Shown: piece after piece, positions 44,875 to 56,928 of the stretch
Layout of the letters: each line of letters opens with the position of its first letter
Position numbering within the stretch: position 1 is the stretch's first letter
Source of the DNA: an uncultured Alphaproteobacteria bacterium
GTDB taxonomy: Bacteria > Pseudomonadota > Alphaproteobacteria > UBA7879 > VGCX01
Direction of reading: 5' to 3'
Assembly: GCA_913061155.1 (NCBI GenBank)
Contig: CAJXSI010000002.1
Span: forward strand, 1,167 to 65,166
Length of the DNA: 64,000 nt
Made by a program: the position numbers and the translations under genes
The notes under the pieces: generated by a model
Told to the model about the DNA's origin: nothing
Seen by the model: the letters and a program-made list of their open reading frames with translations, nothing else
The model's database searches: none

Positions 44875-45492
44875 ATGAATAAAGATTATCAAAAACTGGT
44901 GGCCCGGGCCAAAAAATCAAGAAAAGGCCGGAAAAAACTTAGGGGGTTATTGCTGGTTGGGGCATTGGCCGTTTTAATTTTGGTTCCAACAGTTTATAAA
45001 TTAATTGAAATCTACGAAGATACATTCTTGGTAAAAAGTAAGATTGAAGTGGATACAATCGATTTTGATAAAAAGTCTGTGATTAACCCAAAATATGTTG
45101 GTGTCGATAACAAAAACCAACCTTTTTTCATGACAGCCGATACAGCAACCCAACAAAAAGAAAATATGGTTCAGTTGGAAAATGTAAAAGGTGAAATCAA
45201 ATTAACCGATGGGGATACTGTGAATGTTCGGGCCAATAAAGGGTTTGTCAATACAGAGAATGATAAAAAAGCAGATCTGTACGGAGCCGTTCATGTTTTT
45301 CATGACAAGGGATATGATGCCAAAACAGAGGTTGCCCACATAGATTTTGCAGACAGTACAATTTCGGGTCCGCAGAAAATTAAAGCAAAAAGTAATCAAG
45401 GGACTGCTAGAGGGGATCGATTTATGTTAGACTATGGTAAGAAAATAATTACTTTGTATGGAAAACCACATCTTATTATTGTATCGAATTGA
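44875..45492 (+). CDS. lptC: LPS export protein LptC
   Basis: N-terminal TM anchor and OstA-like beta-jellyroll. Position between kdsD and lptA. Confidence 0.55.
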   Translation: MNKDYQKLVARAKKSRKGRKKLRGLLLVGALAVLILVPTVYKLIEIYEDTFLVKSKIEVDTIDFDKKSVINPKYVGVDNKNQPFFMTADTATQQKENMVQLENVKGEIKLTDGDTVNVRANKGFVNTENDKKADLYGAVHVFHDKGYDAKTEVAHIDFADSTISGPQKIKAKSNQGTARGDRFMLDYGKKIITLYGKPHLIIVSN

Positions 45493-46031
45493 GTGTTATT
45501 ATGAAATTTTTTTCAGCAGTCTTATTTGTTTTTTTAACTGGAACCGTTTGTTATTCTGTCAATGCAGACCCTGATAAAAAAGACCCCATCCATATTTTTT
45601 CAGATGAAAAGATGGTTTTCGACCAAAACAAACTTCAAGTATCTGCTTATGAAAACGCCGTTTTGACCCAGGGGGCTGATTCCATTAAGGCAGATGAAAT
45701 TCATGGGTATTTCAAAGAAGCCAAAGTAAGAAAAGAAAATGGGTCAAGATATGAACTTGAAAGAATCAAAGCCATTGGCCATGTTAAAATAATTTCCCCA
45801 GGCAAGTTGGCAACAGCGGATTATGGAACTTATTATGTCGACAAGGAACAGGTTATTCTTGAAAATAATGTCGTTATTTCAGATGGTGAAAATGAAGCCA
45901 AAGGCGCCTATGGCGTTATGGATAGAAACAAAGGGACCACCCAAATATATAGTTGTAAGCCCGGCCAAAAACATGGTAAAAAACAACGCGTAAAAGCATT
46001 ATTATCAAAAGGTAAAGATGACACTAAGTAA
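45489..46031 (+). CDS. lptA: LPS transport periplasmic protein LptA (OstA-N family)
   Basis: Signal peptide. …[29 protein letters not shown]… OstA-like fold. Overlaps neighbours by 4 and 14 nt. Confidence 0.65.
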   Translation: MSVIMKFFSAVLFVFLTGTVCYSVNADPDKKDPIHIFSDEKMVFDQNKLQVSAYENAVLTQGADSIKADEIHGYFKEAKVRKENGSRYELERIKAIGHVKIISPGKLATADYGTYYVDKEQVILENNVVISDGENEAKGAYGVMDRNKGTTQIYSCKPGQKHGKKQRVKALLSKGKDDTK

Positions 46032-46767
46032 GGTAAATAATCAGTTAATTTCTTTGGAAACCCACAATATTGGGAAGTCTTTTAAAAAACGTCCTGTCGT
46101 GCGGGGAGTTTCTATAAAAATTACCCAAGGGGAGGTTGTTGGCTTGTTGGGCCCAAATGGGGCTGGAAAGACGACTTGTTTTTATATTATTTGCGGTCTT
46201 ATTAAATCTGATTATGGAACCATTTCGTATGGGGGGCATGATATTTCTTCCCTTAGCATGTATCGCCGTGCAAGATTGGGGATTGGCTATTTACCCCAGG
46301 AAGCTTCGATTTTCAGAGGGCTTAACGTAGAAGACAATATCCGTGTTGCCTTAGAAGTTATTGAATCGTCTTCAGGAAAACAGGATGCAAAACTTGAAGA
46401 ATTATTGGCCGAATTTTCAATCAGCCATTTACGTCATACATCAGCCCTATCCTTGTCAGGGGGGGAACGACGGCGCGTTGAAATTGCCCGCGCCCTTGCA
46501 ACAAACCCCCAATTTGTGTTGTTGGATGAACCGTTGGCAGGAATTGACCCAATTGCTGTGAATGATATACGGGCCTTAATCCGTCAGTTAACGGATCGTA
46601 ATATTGGGGTGCTGATTACAGATCACAATGTAAGGGAAACCCTTAGTATTGTTGATAGAGCATACATTTTGAATGATGGAAAAGTTTTAACCGAAGGAAG
46701 CGCCCAAGATATCATTAATCACAAAGATGTTCGTCGGGTATACCTTGGCGAATCCTTTAAAGTATAA
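46018..46767 (+). CDS. lptB: LPS export ABC transporter ATP-binding protein LptB
   Basis: Walker A …GPNGAGKTT…, signature …[15 protein letters not shown]…, Walker B …LLDEP…. Confidence 0.9.
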   Translation: MTLSKVNNQLISLETHNIGKSFKKRPVVRGVSIKITQGEVVGLLGPNGAGKTTCFYIICGLIKSDYGTISYGGHDISSLSMYRRARLGIGYLPQEASIFRGLNVEDNIRVALEVIESSSGKQDAKLEELLAEFSISHLRHTSALSLSGGERRRVEIARALATNPQFVLLDEPLAGIDPIAVNDIRALIRQLTDRNIGVLITDHNVRETLSIVDRAYILNDGKVLTEGSAQDIINHKDVRRVYLGESFKV

Positions 46768-46792
46768 CAAAATATAATAAATGGAGGAAACT

Positions 46793-47368
46793 ATGAATTT
46801 AGAAATATCAGGAAAGCATGTAGAATTAGGCGATGCTTTAAAGGGACATATTCAAGATAAACTTGAAAAAGCTGTTAGTAAGTATTTTGGAGATGTTGTG
46901 GATTCCCAAGTAATTGTCAGTAAAGATAATCATGATTTTCGTGTGAATATTGATATTCATGTGGGGCAAAATATTTTTGTGCGGGCAGAAGAAACGGCAG
47001 ATGATGCCCATGCTGCAACGGACAAAGCAGTGCATATTATTGAAAAGAATTTGCGGCGTTATAAAAAAAAATTAAAAGCCCATCACGGGAAACATGACGC
47101 CGGATTGGAGCAACGCGCGTTGCAATATGTTTTAAGTGGGGCCGTCTGGTCCGGAGACGAGGCTGAAGAAGAAGCAGAACCCACCATTATTGCAGAAACT
47201 GTTTCAAGTATTCCAATGTTGTCTGTCAGTAATGCGGTTATGCGCATGGACTTGGAAAATTTACCTGTGTATCTTTTTAAGAATGAAAAGAGTGGCGATA
47301 TTAATGCTGTCTATACCCGCAAAGACGGGAATATTGGTTGGGTGAACCCAGGGTCTAAGTCGTCATAA
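46793..47368 (+). CDS. hpf: Ribosome hibernation-promoting factor, long form. ATG at 46793 follows a GGAGGA SD.
   Basis: MNLEISGKHVELGDALKGHIQDKLEKAVSKYF… RaiA/HPF N-domain plus a C-terminal extension. Confidence 0.8.
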   Translation: MNLEISGKHVELGDALKGHIQDKLEKAVSKYFGDVVDSQVIVSKDNHDFRVNIDIHVGQNIFVRAEETADDAHAATDKAVHIIEKNLRRYKKKLKAHHGKHDAGLEQRALQYVLSGAVWSGDEAEEEAEPTIIAETVSSIPMLSVSNAVMRMDLENLPVYLFKNEKSGDINAVYTRKDGNIGWVNPGSKSS

Positions 47369-47393
47369 ATCTCTTTTCCCCACAGGGGGTGTG

Positions 47394-47402
47394 TGGTATA
47401 AT
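47394..47402 (+). promoter_or_regulatory. Candidate extended -10 promoter (TGgTATAAT) for the atpHAGDC operon
   Basis: TGGTATAAT about 20 nt upstream of the GTG start. SD AAGAGG at 47409-47414. Confidence 0.35.
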
Positions 47403-47421
47403 CCTGTGAAAGAGGTGTTAA

Positions 47422-47970
47422 GTGTCAAAAGCGAAGTTACAGCTTGTTGCAAATTCATATGCGACTGCTTTGTTTGAAGTAGCAACCAAAAATAAATCAA
47501 CTGAAGTTTTATATAAAGCTTTTAAAAAGAATGTGTCTTTTTTTGACTTAGCACAAGTTAGAAAAATACTGGATAACCCCCTTCTTTCTAAAGATGACCA
47601 CGAACACTTTGCCAAGGCTTTTGATCTTAAAGGCGTTGCCAATGATTTATTGATAGGTTTGATTAAGACATTATTTTCTTATTCTCGGATGGCAATTTTT
47701 CCGTATGTCCTTCAAAGTTATTGCGACCTTTATATGAAGGAAACGGGGGAATGTGAAGTTACTGTAATAAGTGCAGAAGATTTAAGTAGCGGACAGGAAC
47801 AAAACCTTAAGAAAAAATTGGAAGCCTATCTACAGAAAAAAGTTTCTTTCAATAAGAAAATTCAAGAAAACCTAAAGGCAGGATTTGTCCTGGAATTCAC
47901 AGGTAAACGACTTGATCTATCCTTAAAGGGTCAACTAAAACAATTTTTAAACCACGGGATGTTAAAATGA
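47422..47970 (+). CDS. atpH: F0F1 ATP synthase subunit delta (OSCP), GTG start
   Basis: …[13 protein letters not shown]… OSCP N-terminus. Directly precedes atpA with a 4-nt overlap. Confidence 0.75.
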   Translation: MSKAKLQLVANSYATALFEVATKNKSTEVLYKAFKKNVSFFDLAQVRKILDNPLLSKDDHEHFAKAFDLKGVANDLLIGLIKTLFSYSRMAIFPYVLQSYCDLYMKETGECEVTVISAEDLSSGQEQNLKKKLEAYLQKKVSFNKKIQENLKAGFVLEFTGKRLDLSLKGQLKQFLNHGMLK

Positions 47971-49508
47971 AAATAGACATTAAACCAACAGAAGTAATTT
48001 CAGTCTTAAAAGAACATATTGAAGGCTTTGATAAAAAGACGAAGCTGGATGACACTGGAAAAGTGGTTTCTGTGGGGGATGGAATTGCCCATATTTATGG
48101 TCTGGATAAAGTTAAATCAGGGGAAATGATTAAGTTCCAAAGTGGCATTATGGGCATGGCCTTAAACTTGGATACAGATTCTGTTGGGGCTGTTATTTTT
48201 GGAAATACCCGGGGGGTAAAAGAAGGGGATACTGTTTCATTAACAGGAAAAGTTATTCAATGTCCTGTGGGAAAAGGATTGCTTGGTCGTGTTGTGGACG
48301 CTTTGGGAAACCCAATTGATGGAAAGGGTCCGTTAAAGGATGTGACCTATAAATCCGTGGAAACAGAGGCACCTGGAATTATTGCGCGCAAGTCCGTAAG
48401 CGAACCCATGTCAACAGGTATAAAAGCCATCGATGCATTAATTCCGGTTGGACGTGGACAGCGGGAATTAATTATTGGGGATCGTCAAACGGGTAAAACT
48501 GCCATTGCCATTGATACAATTCTTAATCAGAAATCAACGAATGATAAAGGCGGCGATAAAGACAAGCTTTTTTGTGTTTATGTTGCGATCGGTCAAAAAA
48601 GATCAACCGTGGCCCAAATTGTTAAAACATTAGAAGAAGCTGGTGCAATGGAATACTCTATCGTTGTGGCGGCAACAGCCTCGGATCCGGCTCCTCTACA
48701 ATTCTTAGCGCCTTATACAGGGTGCACCATGGGGGAATATTTCCGTGATAACGGGATGCATGCCTTGATAACTTATGACGACTTATCCAAACAAGCGGTT
48801 GCTTATCGTCAAATGTCATTGTTGCTGCGTCGTCCGCCAGGACGCGAGGCTTATCCTGGGGATGTTTTCTATTTACACTCTCGTTTGCTTGAGCGGGCTG
48901 CGAAACTAAGTGATGATCACGGGGGCGGTTCTTTAACAGCGTTGCCGATTGTTGAAACACAGGCAGGGGACGTTTCTGCCTATATTCCCACAAACGTTAT
49001 TTCCATTACGGATGGTCAGATTTTCTTAGAAACAGACTTGTTTTATAAAGGCATTCGACCTGCTGTCAATGTGGGATTGTCCGTTAGTCGTGTTGGGTCT
49101 GCTGCCCAAATTAAAGCCATGAAGCAAGTGGCTGGAACCATTAAATTAGAATTGGCACAATACCGTGAAATGGCTGCCTTTGCGCAGTTTGGATCTGATT
49201 TGGATGAGTCAACACAAAACCTATTATCCCGCGGGGAACGGTTAACAGAACTTTTGAAACAACCGCAATATTCTCCTTTAAAAAGCGAAGAACAGGTTGT
49301 TGTTATTTATGCGGGTGTTAACGGATATTTGGATGACCTTGACGTGGGTGAAATCCAAGATTTCGAAACGGCACTCCTGCATGACTTAAATAAGAATCAT
49401 TCTGATTTAATGAAAGCAATTGCAAAAGAAAAACAACTGAATGAAGACATAGGAAACAAGGTAAAGACCTTTATTGAAAAGTTTAAGAAACAATATAAAA
49501 CTGTGTAA
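47967..49508 (+). CDS. atpA: F0F1 ATP synthase subunit alpha
   Basis: Walker A …[15 protein letters not shown]…. Highly conserved throughout. Confidence 0.95.
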   Translation: MKIDIKPTEVISVLKEHIEGFDKKTKLDDTGKVVSVGDGIAHIYGLDKVKSGEMIKFQSGIMGMALNLDTDSVGAVIFGNTRGVKEGDTVSLTGKVIQCPVGKGLLGRVVDALGNPIDGKGPLKDVTYKSVETEAPGIIARKSVSEPMSTGIKAIDALIPVGRGQRELIIGDRQTGKTAIAIDTILNQKSTNDKGGDKDKLFCVYVAIGQKRSTVAQIVKTLEEAGAMEYSIVVAATASDPAPLQFLAPYTGCTMGEYFRDNGMHALITYDDLSKQAVAYRQMSLLLRRPPGREAYPGDVFYLHSRLLERAAKLSDDHGGGSLTALPIVETQAGDVSAYIPTNVISITDGQIFLETDLFYKGIRPAVNVGLSVSRVGSAAQIKAMKQVAGTIKLELAQYREMAAFAQFGSDLDESTQNLLSRGERLTELLKQPQYSPLKSEEQVVVIYAGVNGYLDDLDVGEIQDFETALLHDLNKNHSDLMKAIAKEKQLNEDIGNKVKTFIEKFKKQYKTV

Positions 49509-49510
49509 CG

Positions 49511-51843
<2,333 letters not shown>

Positions 51844-51847
51844 TTTT

Positions 51848-52258
51848 ATGACGTTAATCTTTCAAATTGTATCCCCTTTTACGACCATAGAACACGACAG
51901 TGTTTCCATGGTTACGCTGCCTGGGGCAGATGGGATGCTGGGTGTTATGCCCAAACATGCAACGTGCCTTGTTGATTTGCAGCCGGGGATTATTAAAATA
52001 TATAAAAATAAAGATATTTTAAAACGTTATATCACCCACGAAGGGGTGGCCAATATTACACCGGAACGATGCACAGTAAGCGTGGAAGAATTCCATGAAA
52101 TAGATGACCTTGATCCAAAAGTTTTGGAAGAAGATATTAAACGATATCACAATGACTTGGCTGGTGTGGATATCGAAGTCGAAGAACGAATTCTGGAAGC
52201 AAAAATTAAGGCAACAGAAAAAATGTTAGAGGTTGCACGTCAGCATTTTAAGAAATAA
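51848..52258 (+). CDS. atpC: F0F1 ATP synthase subunit epsilon
   Basis: Position after atpD. Beta-sandwich N-terminus plus helical C-terminus. ~136 aa. Confidence 0.8.
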   Translation: MTLIFQIVSPFTTIEHDSVSMVTLPGADGMLGVMPKHATCLVDLQPGIIKIYKNKDILKRYITHEGVANITPERCTVSVEEFHEIDDLDPKVLEEDIKRYHNDLAGVDIEVEERILEAKIKATEKMLEVARQHFKK

Positions 52259-52266
52259 AGTAAATT

Positions 52267-52626
52267 ATGGCTTATGATAAAAACAACATTTTTGCAAAAA
52301 TCATTCAGCGAGAAATTCCCTGTGATAAGGTTTATGAAGATGATTTTTCTTTGGCCTTTCGCGACATATCCCCTAAGGCAAAAATTCATGTATTGGTGAT
52401 TCCAAAAGGCATGTATACAGGCTTTGATGACTTTACTGATAACGCATCGGATAAGGAAAAAGTCGGATTTTCCACGGCTGTTTCCAAAGTTATTAAACAG
52501 TTAAATTTATCAGAAAAGGGGTGCCGCCTTATTTCAAATTTAGGCAACGATGGTGGGCAAGAAGTTCCCCATTATCACGTGCATATTTTAGGGGGCGAAA
52601 CACTGGGGGCGTTGATTGGAAAATGA
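52267..52626 (+). CDS. HIT-family (histidine triad) nucleotide hydrolase
   Basis: …VPHYHVHILGG… HxHxHxx motif. Confidence 0.8.
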   Translation: MAYDKNNIFAKIIQREIPCDKVYEDDFSLAFRDISPKAKIHVLVIPKGMYTGFDDFTDNASDKEKVGFSTAVSKVIKQLNLSEKGCRLISNLGNDGGQEVPHYHVHILGGETLGALIGK

Positions 52627-54203
52627 TGAAAAAAATATTTTTTATAGTAATATTCTTAGGCTTATCCTTTAAGTCATTTGCTGTTATCGAAACAGAAGAT
52701 ATCGGCGGTATCAACCCAGAAACAGTTGGGGTCAATACGTATGATACAAAATTTATTCCAACAGATCTTTGGGAAGGGCTTTCGCATACACAAGTTGTCC
52801 GGCTTATCAAAAATTTACCGACGAAATTTAAAAATAATTTTTGGACCCGCCTGCAAATATCTTTGCTTTTGTCCCCTATGAAAGTGCCTGAAAATAAAAC
52901 TGGTGAAAATAATATTTTCAATTTAAGATTTGAAAAACTGCTTGATATGGAAGCAGTTGACCAGGCTTATAATCTTGGGAAAAATCATGCGGATCAATTG
53001 GATGAAGATAGTTGGGCATGGTGTCAATTTATACATTTTCTGATTCATAATAATTATGATAAGGCCTTCAGTATTGCACAGGAATTTGCCTTAAAAGACA
53101 AGGATAACAAATGGCAACATGCGGTTATCACAATGCAATTATTGATGGGGAAAGATGACCAGGCTAACTTAAGTTTATCTTTGCTTGAAAAAGAAAATAA
53201 AAAACAAGATCATCATTTTATCAAAACCATCAAACAAATTCAGGCAGGGGAAAAAATCAAAGGCACTGAACATTCACCCCACCGTCCATTGATCATTAAA
53301 TTGATGGTATCTAAAAATATTATTCCTGAAGATATGAGTATTGAATCCATGTCAGATGACATCATTTTAATGATGATATTGGATCCTGGGTTTGAAAAAT
53401 TTTCAGATCGAATGAAGTTATCAATTCTTGAATATTATACAGAACAAAGTACACATAAGCCGCAATTATTAAAAGATCATTATCTGAAATTGGCAACAGA
53501 AGATCTGGTGAAAGAGGCTACTCAGAAAATTTCCAATAAAGAATATGATAAAGAAAATGATCCGTTAATTCGGGCGGCTTTGTATAAAATATTTGTTGAT
53601 TCAGAAGGCGAAGAAATAAAGAAAATGGCTTTTTCTGCTTTTTACAAAAATGCTTATGCAAATAAAATTTTAACGGTGGCGGTTGCTTGTTTTGGTAACG
53701 ATTATAATTATCCTGCTGCCGCTTATGACAAAGATTATTCCTTTGCGTTTGTTCTGCATAATTTAATGTTGCAAAACAAAAGCCAAATGAAGGCTTGGGT
53801 TGAAGGGTTGAATCAGGAAGAACTTTCTGAATTATCTTTGATTCTTCTTGCAAGTTGTAACTTGGATTATTTTTCAGGGGAAACACAAGAACATTTGATG
53901 GAAAACGTAAAAAAAATATATTTAGAACCTGCAAAAAAATTCTTATTTAAAGAGAAACTAAAGTTTTTACATAACGTTTCGTCCCCCTTTAAATTATCAG
54001 ATAGTCGTTTGATTGATGTCATTTCAGGGCAGTATGGTTTTGGGGCAGGTTTATCCATTCTTCTTAGTTCATCACAGTCCATATTATCAACAGATGTCTG
54101 GCAGGCTGCTGTTCAACTTCGTGTTTTAGAAGCCCTTAAACTGAAAAACCAGGCAACACAACTGCGACAGCTTTATGCTTATTCTTCTGCCAAGGATGAA
54201 TAA
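52623..54203 (+). CDS. Large secreted hypothetical protein (~526 aa), likely all-alpha
   Basis: The ATG overlaps the HIT stop (ATGA). Signal peptide MMKKIFFIVIFLGLSFKSFA. No recognisable motifs. Confidence 0.5.
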   Translation: MMKKIFFIVIFLGLSFKSFAVIETEDIGGINPETVGVNTYDTKFIPTDLWEGLSHTQVVRLIKNLPTKFKNNFWTRLQISLLLSPMKVPENKTGENNIFNLRFEKLLDMEAVDQAYNLGKNHADQLDEDSWAWCQFIHFLIHNNYDKAFSIAQEFALKDKDNKWQHAVITMQLLMGKDDQANLSLSLLEKENKKQDHHFIKTIKQIQAGEKIKGTEHSPHRPLIIKLMVSKNIIPEDMSIESMSDDIILMMILDPGFEKFSDRMKLSILEYYTEQSTHKPQLLKDHYLKLATEDLVKEATQKISNKEYDKENDPLIRAALYKIFVDSEGEEIKKMAFSAFYKNAYANKILTVAVACFGNDYNYPAAAYDKDYSFAFVLHNLMLQNKSQMKAWVEGLNQEELSELSLILLASCNLDYFSGETQEHLMENVKKIYLEPAKKFLFKEKLKFLHNVSSPFKLSDSRLIDVISGQYGFGAGLSILLSSSQSILSTDVWQAAVQLRVLEALKLKNQATQLRQLYAYSSAKDE

Positions 54204-54217
54204 CAGTGACAGCGCCC

Positions 54218-55114
54218 ATGAATGTTTTGGAACAATTTCTGGAAATGTTAATTGTGGAACGTGGGGTTGCAAAAAACACATTGGAATCTTACCGTCGCGA
54301 TTTATTATCGCTTTTTCAATTCTTTTCTGGGAAATCAATTAATCCCATTCAGGCCACATCAGAAAACTTAAAAATTTATTTATCTGGTTTACCTGATGGG
54401 GGATTGTCTGCCCGGTCGATTGCCCGGCATATTTCATCCATTAAACAATTTTATCGTTTTCTGATTTTGGAAAATACGATAACAATAGATCCAACAACAA
54501 TAATAGACAGCCCAAAACAAGCCAAGTCGCTGCCAAAAATTTTATCTGAAAAAGACATTGAATCTTTGCTGTTAACAGCAGCCGAAGATAACAGTCCGGA
54601 AGGACTTCGTTTAATGGCATTGCTTGAAACATTGTATGCGACAGGGCTGCGTGTGTCTGAATTGGTTATGTTGACCCATGGGGCTTTTTCTTATGAATCC
54701 GATACCATCATTGTCAAAGGGAAGGGGGCCAAAGAACGAATCGTCCCTTTGGGAAGTCATGCCCGAACTGCTCTTAAAAAGTATGTTGGGGTGCGGGGAT
54801 ATTTTGTACACCGCAAACAAAGCAAGTGGTTGTTTCCATCAACCAGTAAAGAAGGTCATTTAACCCGGCAGCGGTTTGGTCAATTGTTAAAACAGTTGGC
54901 AATGGATGCGGGGCTGGATCCATCAAAAATATCGCCACATGTTGTGCGTCATGCCTTTGCTACACATTTACTAAGTCACGGGGCTGACCTTATTTCTGTT
55001 CAGAAAATGCTGGGCCATTCCGATATCTCAACGACACAAATTTATACCCACGTTTTGCAAGATAAATTGCAAGACTTGGTTTTAAATCATCATCCATTGG
55101 GAAAGAAAAATTAA
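54218..55114 (+). CDS. xerD: Tyrosine recombinase XerD. An in-frame GTG at 54206 is also possible.
   Basis: …HVVRHAFATHLLSHGADLISVQKMLGHSDISTTQIYTHV…HHP… C-terminus is typical of XerD. Confidence 0.8.
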   Translation: MNVLEQFLEMLIVERGVAKNTLESYRRDLLSLFQFFSGKSINPIQATSENLKIYLSGLPDGGLSARSIARHISSIKQFYRFLILENTITIDPTTIIDSPKQAKSLPKILSEKDIESLLLTAAEDNSPEGLRLMALLETLYATGLRVSELVMLTHGAFSYESDTIIVKGKGAKERIVPLGSHARTALKKYVGVRGYFVHRKQSKWLFPSTSKEGHLTRQRFGQLLKQLAMDAGLDPSKISPHVVRHAFATHLLSHGADLISVQKMLGHSDISTTQIYTHVLQDKLQDLVLNHHPLGKKN

Positions 55115-55131
55115 GTTATTTTTGTCACATT

Positions 55132-56058
55132 TCATCGTAATGCGACTTCCAGTCTTTCAAGAATGGTGATGGTAAGGCTAGCATGAACAACATAATGAAA
55201 AAGGCGAACTTTCCAACCATTATACAGGCCGCTGATTCCGTATTTTCGGTAAAGATCCTGCATGGCTTTGAACAGGCGCGTACGTCCACTGGTTGTGTTT
55301 TTTTGTTGCTGGGTTTTAACGCAGTCAAAGGGCATAATAAACAAAGTATTTATAATTCCTACAAGAATACTGATGATAAATAAAATCCAAAAATCCAATG
55401 GCCCATCCGTTTCAAAATGTTTACGGGCGCTGCCTCTGAAAAAATCATCCGCCACTAAAAAAGTTATCCAAGATACCATTTGTTTTACATATACAGGGCG
55501 AAGTCCTGCCATAAGTTGAAGGCCTAAGCCCTTTCTGTTTTTTGTAAAAAAGTAAAGCAAGCCCCTTTTGCTTTTGTAATGTGTCATCAGCCAAACTTTG
55601 ATCCGTTCAAGGGGCGTGATGATAAAGCATTCAAAATTGGCAATGATAATGGCAGATACCAATTTATTCATTTCAGACCGCTTAAAAACTTCCAAAGATT
55701 CCAGCCCCAAAGGAATAAATAACATCATTGGCCACCGATAGATTTGTTTGATGACAACACGCAGGGTGTTGGGGATGTATCCCCGATAAAATCCCATCAG
55801 GCCATTACTGCGATAGATGTTTTTTGTAACAGCCAGGGCGCTATGGTTGTTGGGCAAGGCCTGCATATTTGTTTTAATACAATCCAAAGGATGTTCAAGA
55901 GGCAGGGCAAGCGCCCCGCGGACGGCGCCATAAAAACTGACCTTTGCGTATTGGTCCCACGTAAAACTTTTGGCAACGCAAGGTTTGGGGGGCAGGACAA
56001 TAAAGGTCAATAAAAATATAAAAATTCGATATTTCTGCATGGTGCCTAAACATATCAC
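55132..56058 (-). CDS. Mitochondrial carrier family (MCF/SLC25-like) transporter
   Basis: Three tandem ~100-aa repeats, each with an odd-helix Px[DE]xx[KR] signature (PLDCIK, PLERIK, PFDCVK). Each is followed by the G..G…YRG/GL.P motif (…GFYRGYIPNTLR…, …GLGLQLMAGLRPVYVKQ…, …GISGLYNGWKVRL…). Confidence 0.75.
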   Translation of the reverse strand: MICLGTMQKYRIFIFLLTFIVLPPKPCVAKSFTWDQYAKVSFYGAVRGALALPLEHPLDCIKTNMQALPNNHSALAVTKNIYRSNGLMGFYRGYIPNTLRVVIKQIYRWPMMLFIPLGLESLEVFKRSEMNKLVSAIIIANFECFIITPLERIKVWLMTHYKSKRGLLYFFTKNRKGLGLQLMAGLRPVYVKQMVSWITFLVADDFFRGSARKHFETDGPLDFWILFIISILVGIINTLFIMPFDCVKTQQQKNTTSGRTRLFKAMQDLYRKYGISGLYNGWKVRLFHYVVHASLTITILERLEVALR

Positions 56059-56078
56059 TAAGACTAAAAAGGGTCAAT

Positions 56079-56489
56079 CTATTGCCTAAGGATGCCCATT
56101 AACGTTTCGTTAAGATTTTGAATTTTATCTTCTTTGAAGAATTCTGTGTGGTTTTTTGCGGCTATTTTATAGGCTTGGGCCAGCGTATCTTTTCCCAAAT
56201 CAGTTAAAACAGGGTATCTGGATTTATTGTTTTCTTTGCGGTGAATGCGTTCAATCATGCCTTTTGACTCAAGCTTTCGCAAAGATTGGGATGTTACGTT
56301 AACATCAGTGCGACAATACTTTGAAAGATCTTTCTGGCGTACATGGCATTTATTTTGGGCAAAGCGATCCAACCCGGCCATTAAAATAAATTGAACCTGG
56401 CTGATATTTAAAGGGGTTAAGCTGTTTTCAGTTTTCTTATTCCAGGCATTGGCCACTTGCCAAAGCAGATAACCTGTATTTTTTTCCAT
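56079..56489 (-). CDS. MarR-family transcriptional regulator
   Basis: 136-aa winged-HTH (…QKDLSKYCRTDVNVTSQSLRKLESKGMIERIHRKENNKSRYPVLTDLGKD…). Confidence 0.7.
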   Translation of the reverse strand: MEKNTGYLLWQVANAWNKKTENSLTPLNISQVQFILMAGLDRFAQNKCHVRQKDLSKYCRTDVNVTSQSLRKLESKGMIERIHRKENNKSRYPVLTDLGKDTLAQAYKIAAKNHTEFFKEDKIQNLNETLMGILRQ

Positions 56490-56502
56490 TATATCACCAT
56501 AT

Positions 56503-56518
56503 AATATGTATACATATT
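56503..56518. promoter_or_regulatory. Perfect 16-bp palindrome AATATGTATACATATT, 14 nt upstream of the marR start. Candidate MarR operator.
   Basis: Exact dyad symmetry, in the divergent promoter region between marR and the symporter. Confidence 0.4.
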
Positions 56519-56928
56519 ATTTTGCCATGGTTTGGACAGATGTAAAGTCTTTTTTCAAAAATCCTACTTAGCTATGGGACTTTTAATAAACTTTTATTTC
56601 ACCGCGATGGTCGTATTGGAAAAAATATGCAGAGAAATAATAATCATGCAGGGGAATAATAAAAAACCTCATATTATCCTCTTTTTCTTACAGTTCTCTC
56701 TCATTCAAAAAAGAAGTAGAAAAAGGCTGGCTTGACTTTTGTTCGTTGGCACAGCATATTAAGGGTATGACTAACCTAAAAAACATAATTGAACTTATCT
56801 TCAGCAACTACGTTGTAGCTGCTGCCCATACCCCTGTCCACCACGCGGCATAGTGCTGCGTTTCTTTTTATATCTCTATTTATATTTTTAATTTTACAAC
56901 TTTAATTTTTCAAAAAAGGAAAAGTGTT

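Noticed and set aside
56503-56518. The 16-bp palindrome as a dif site for XerCD
   Set aside because: It is perfectly symmetric and lacks the asymmetric XerC/XerD arm consensus (…CATAATGTATATTATGTTAAAT-like). Its position at the marR start fits an operator better.
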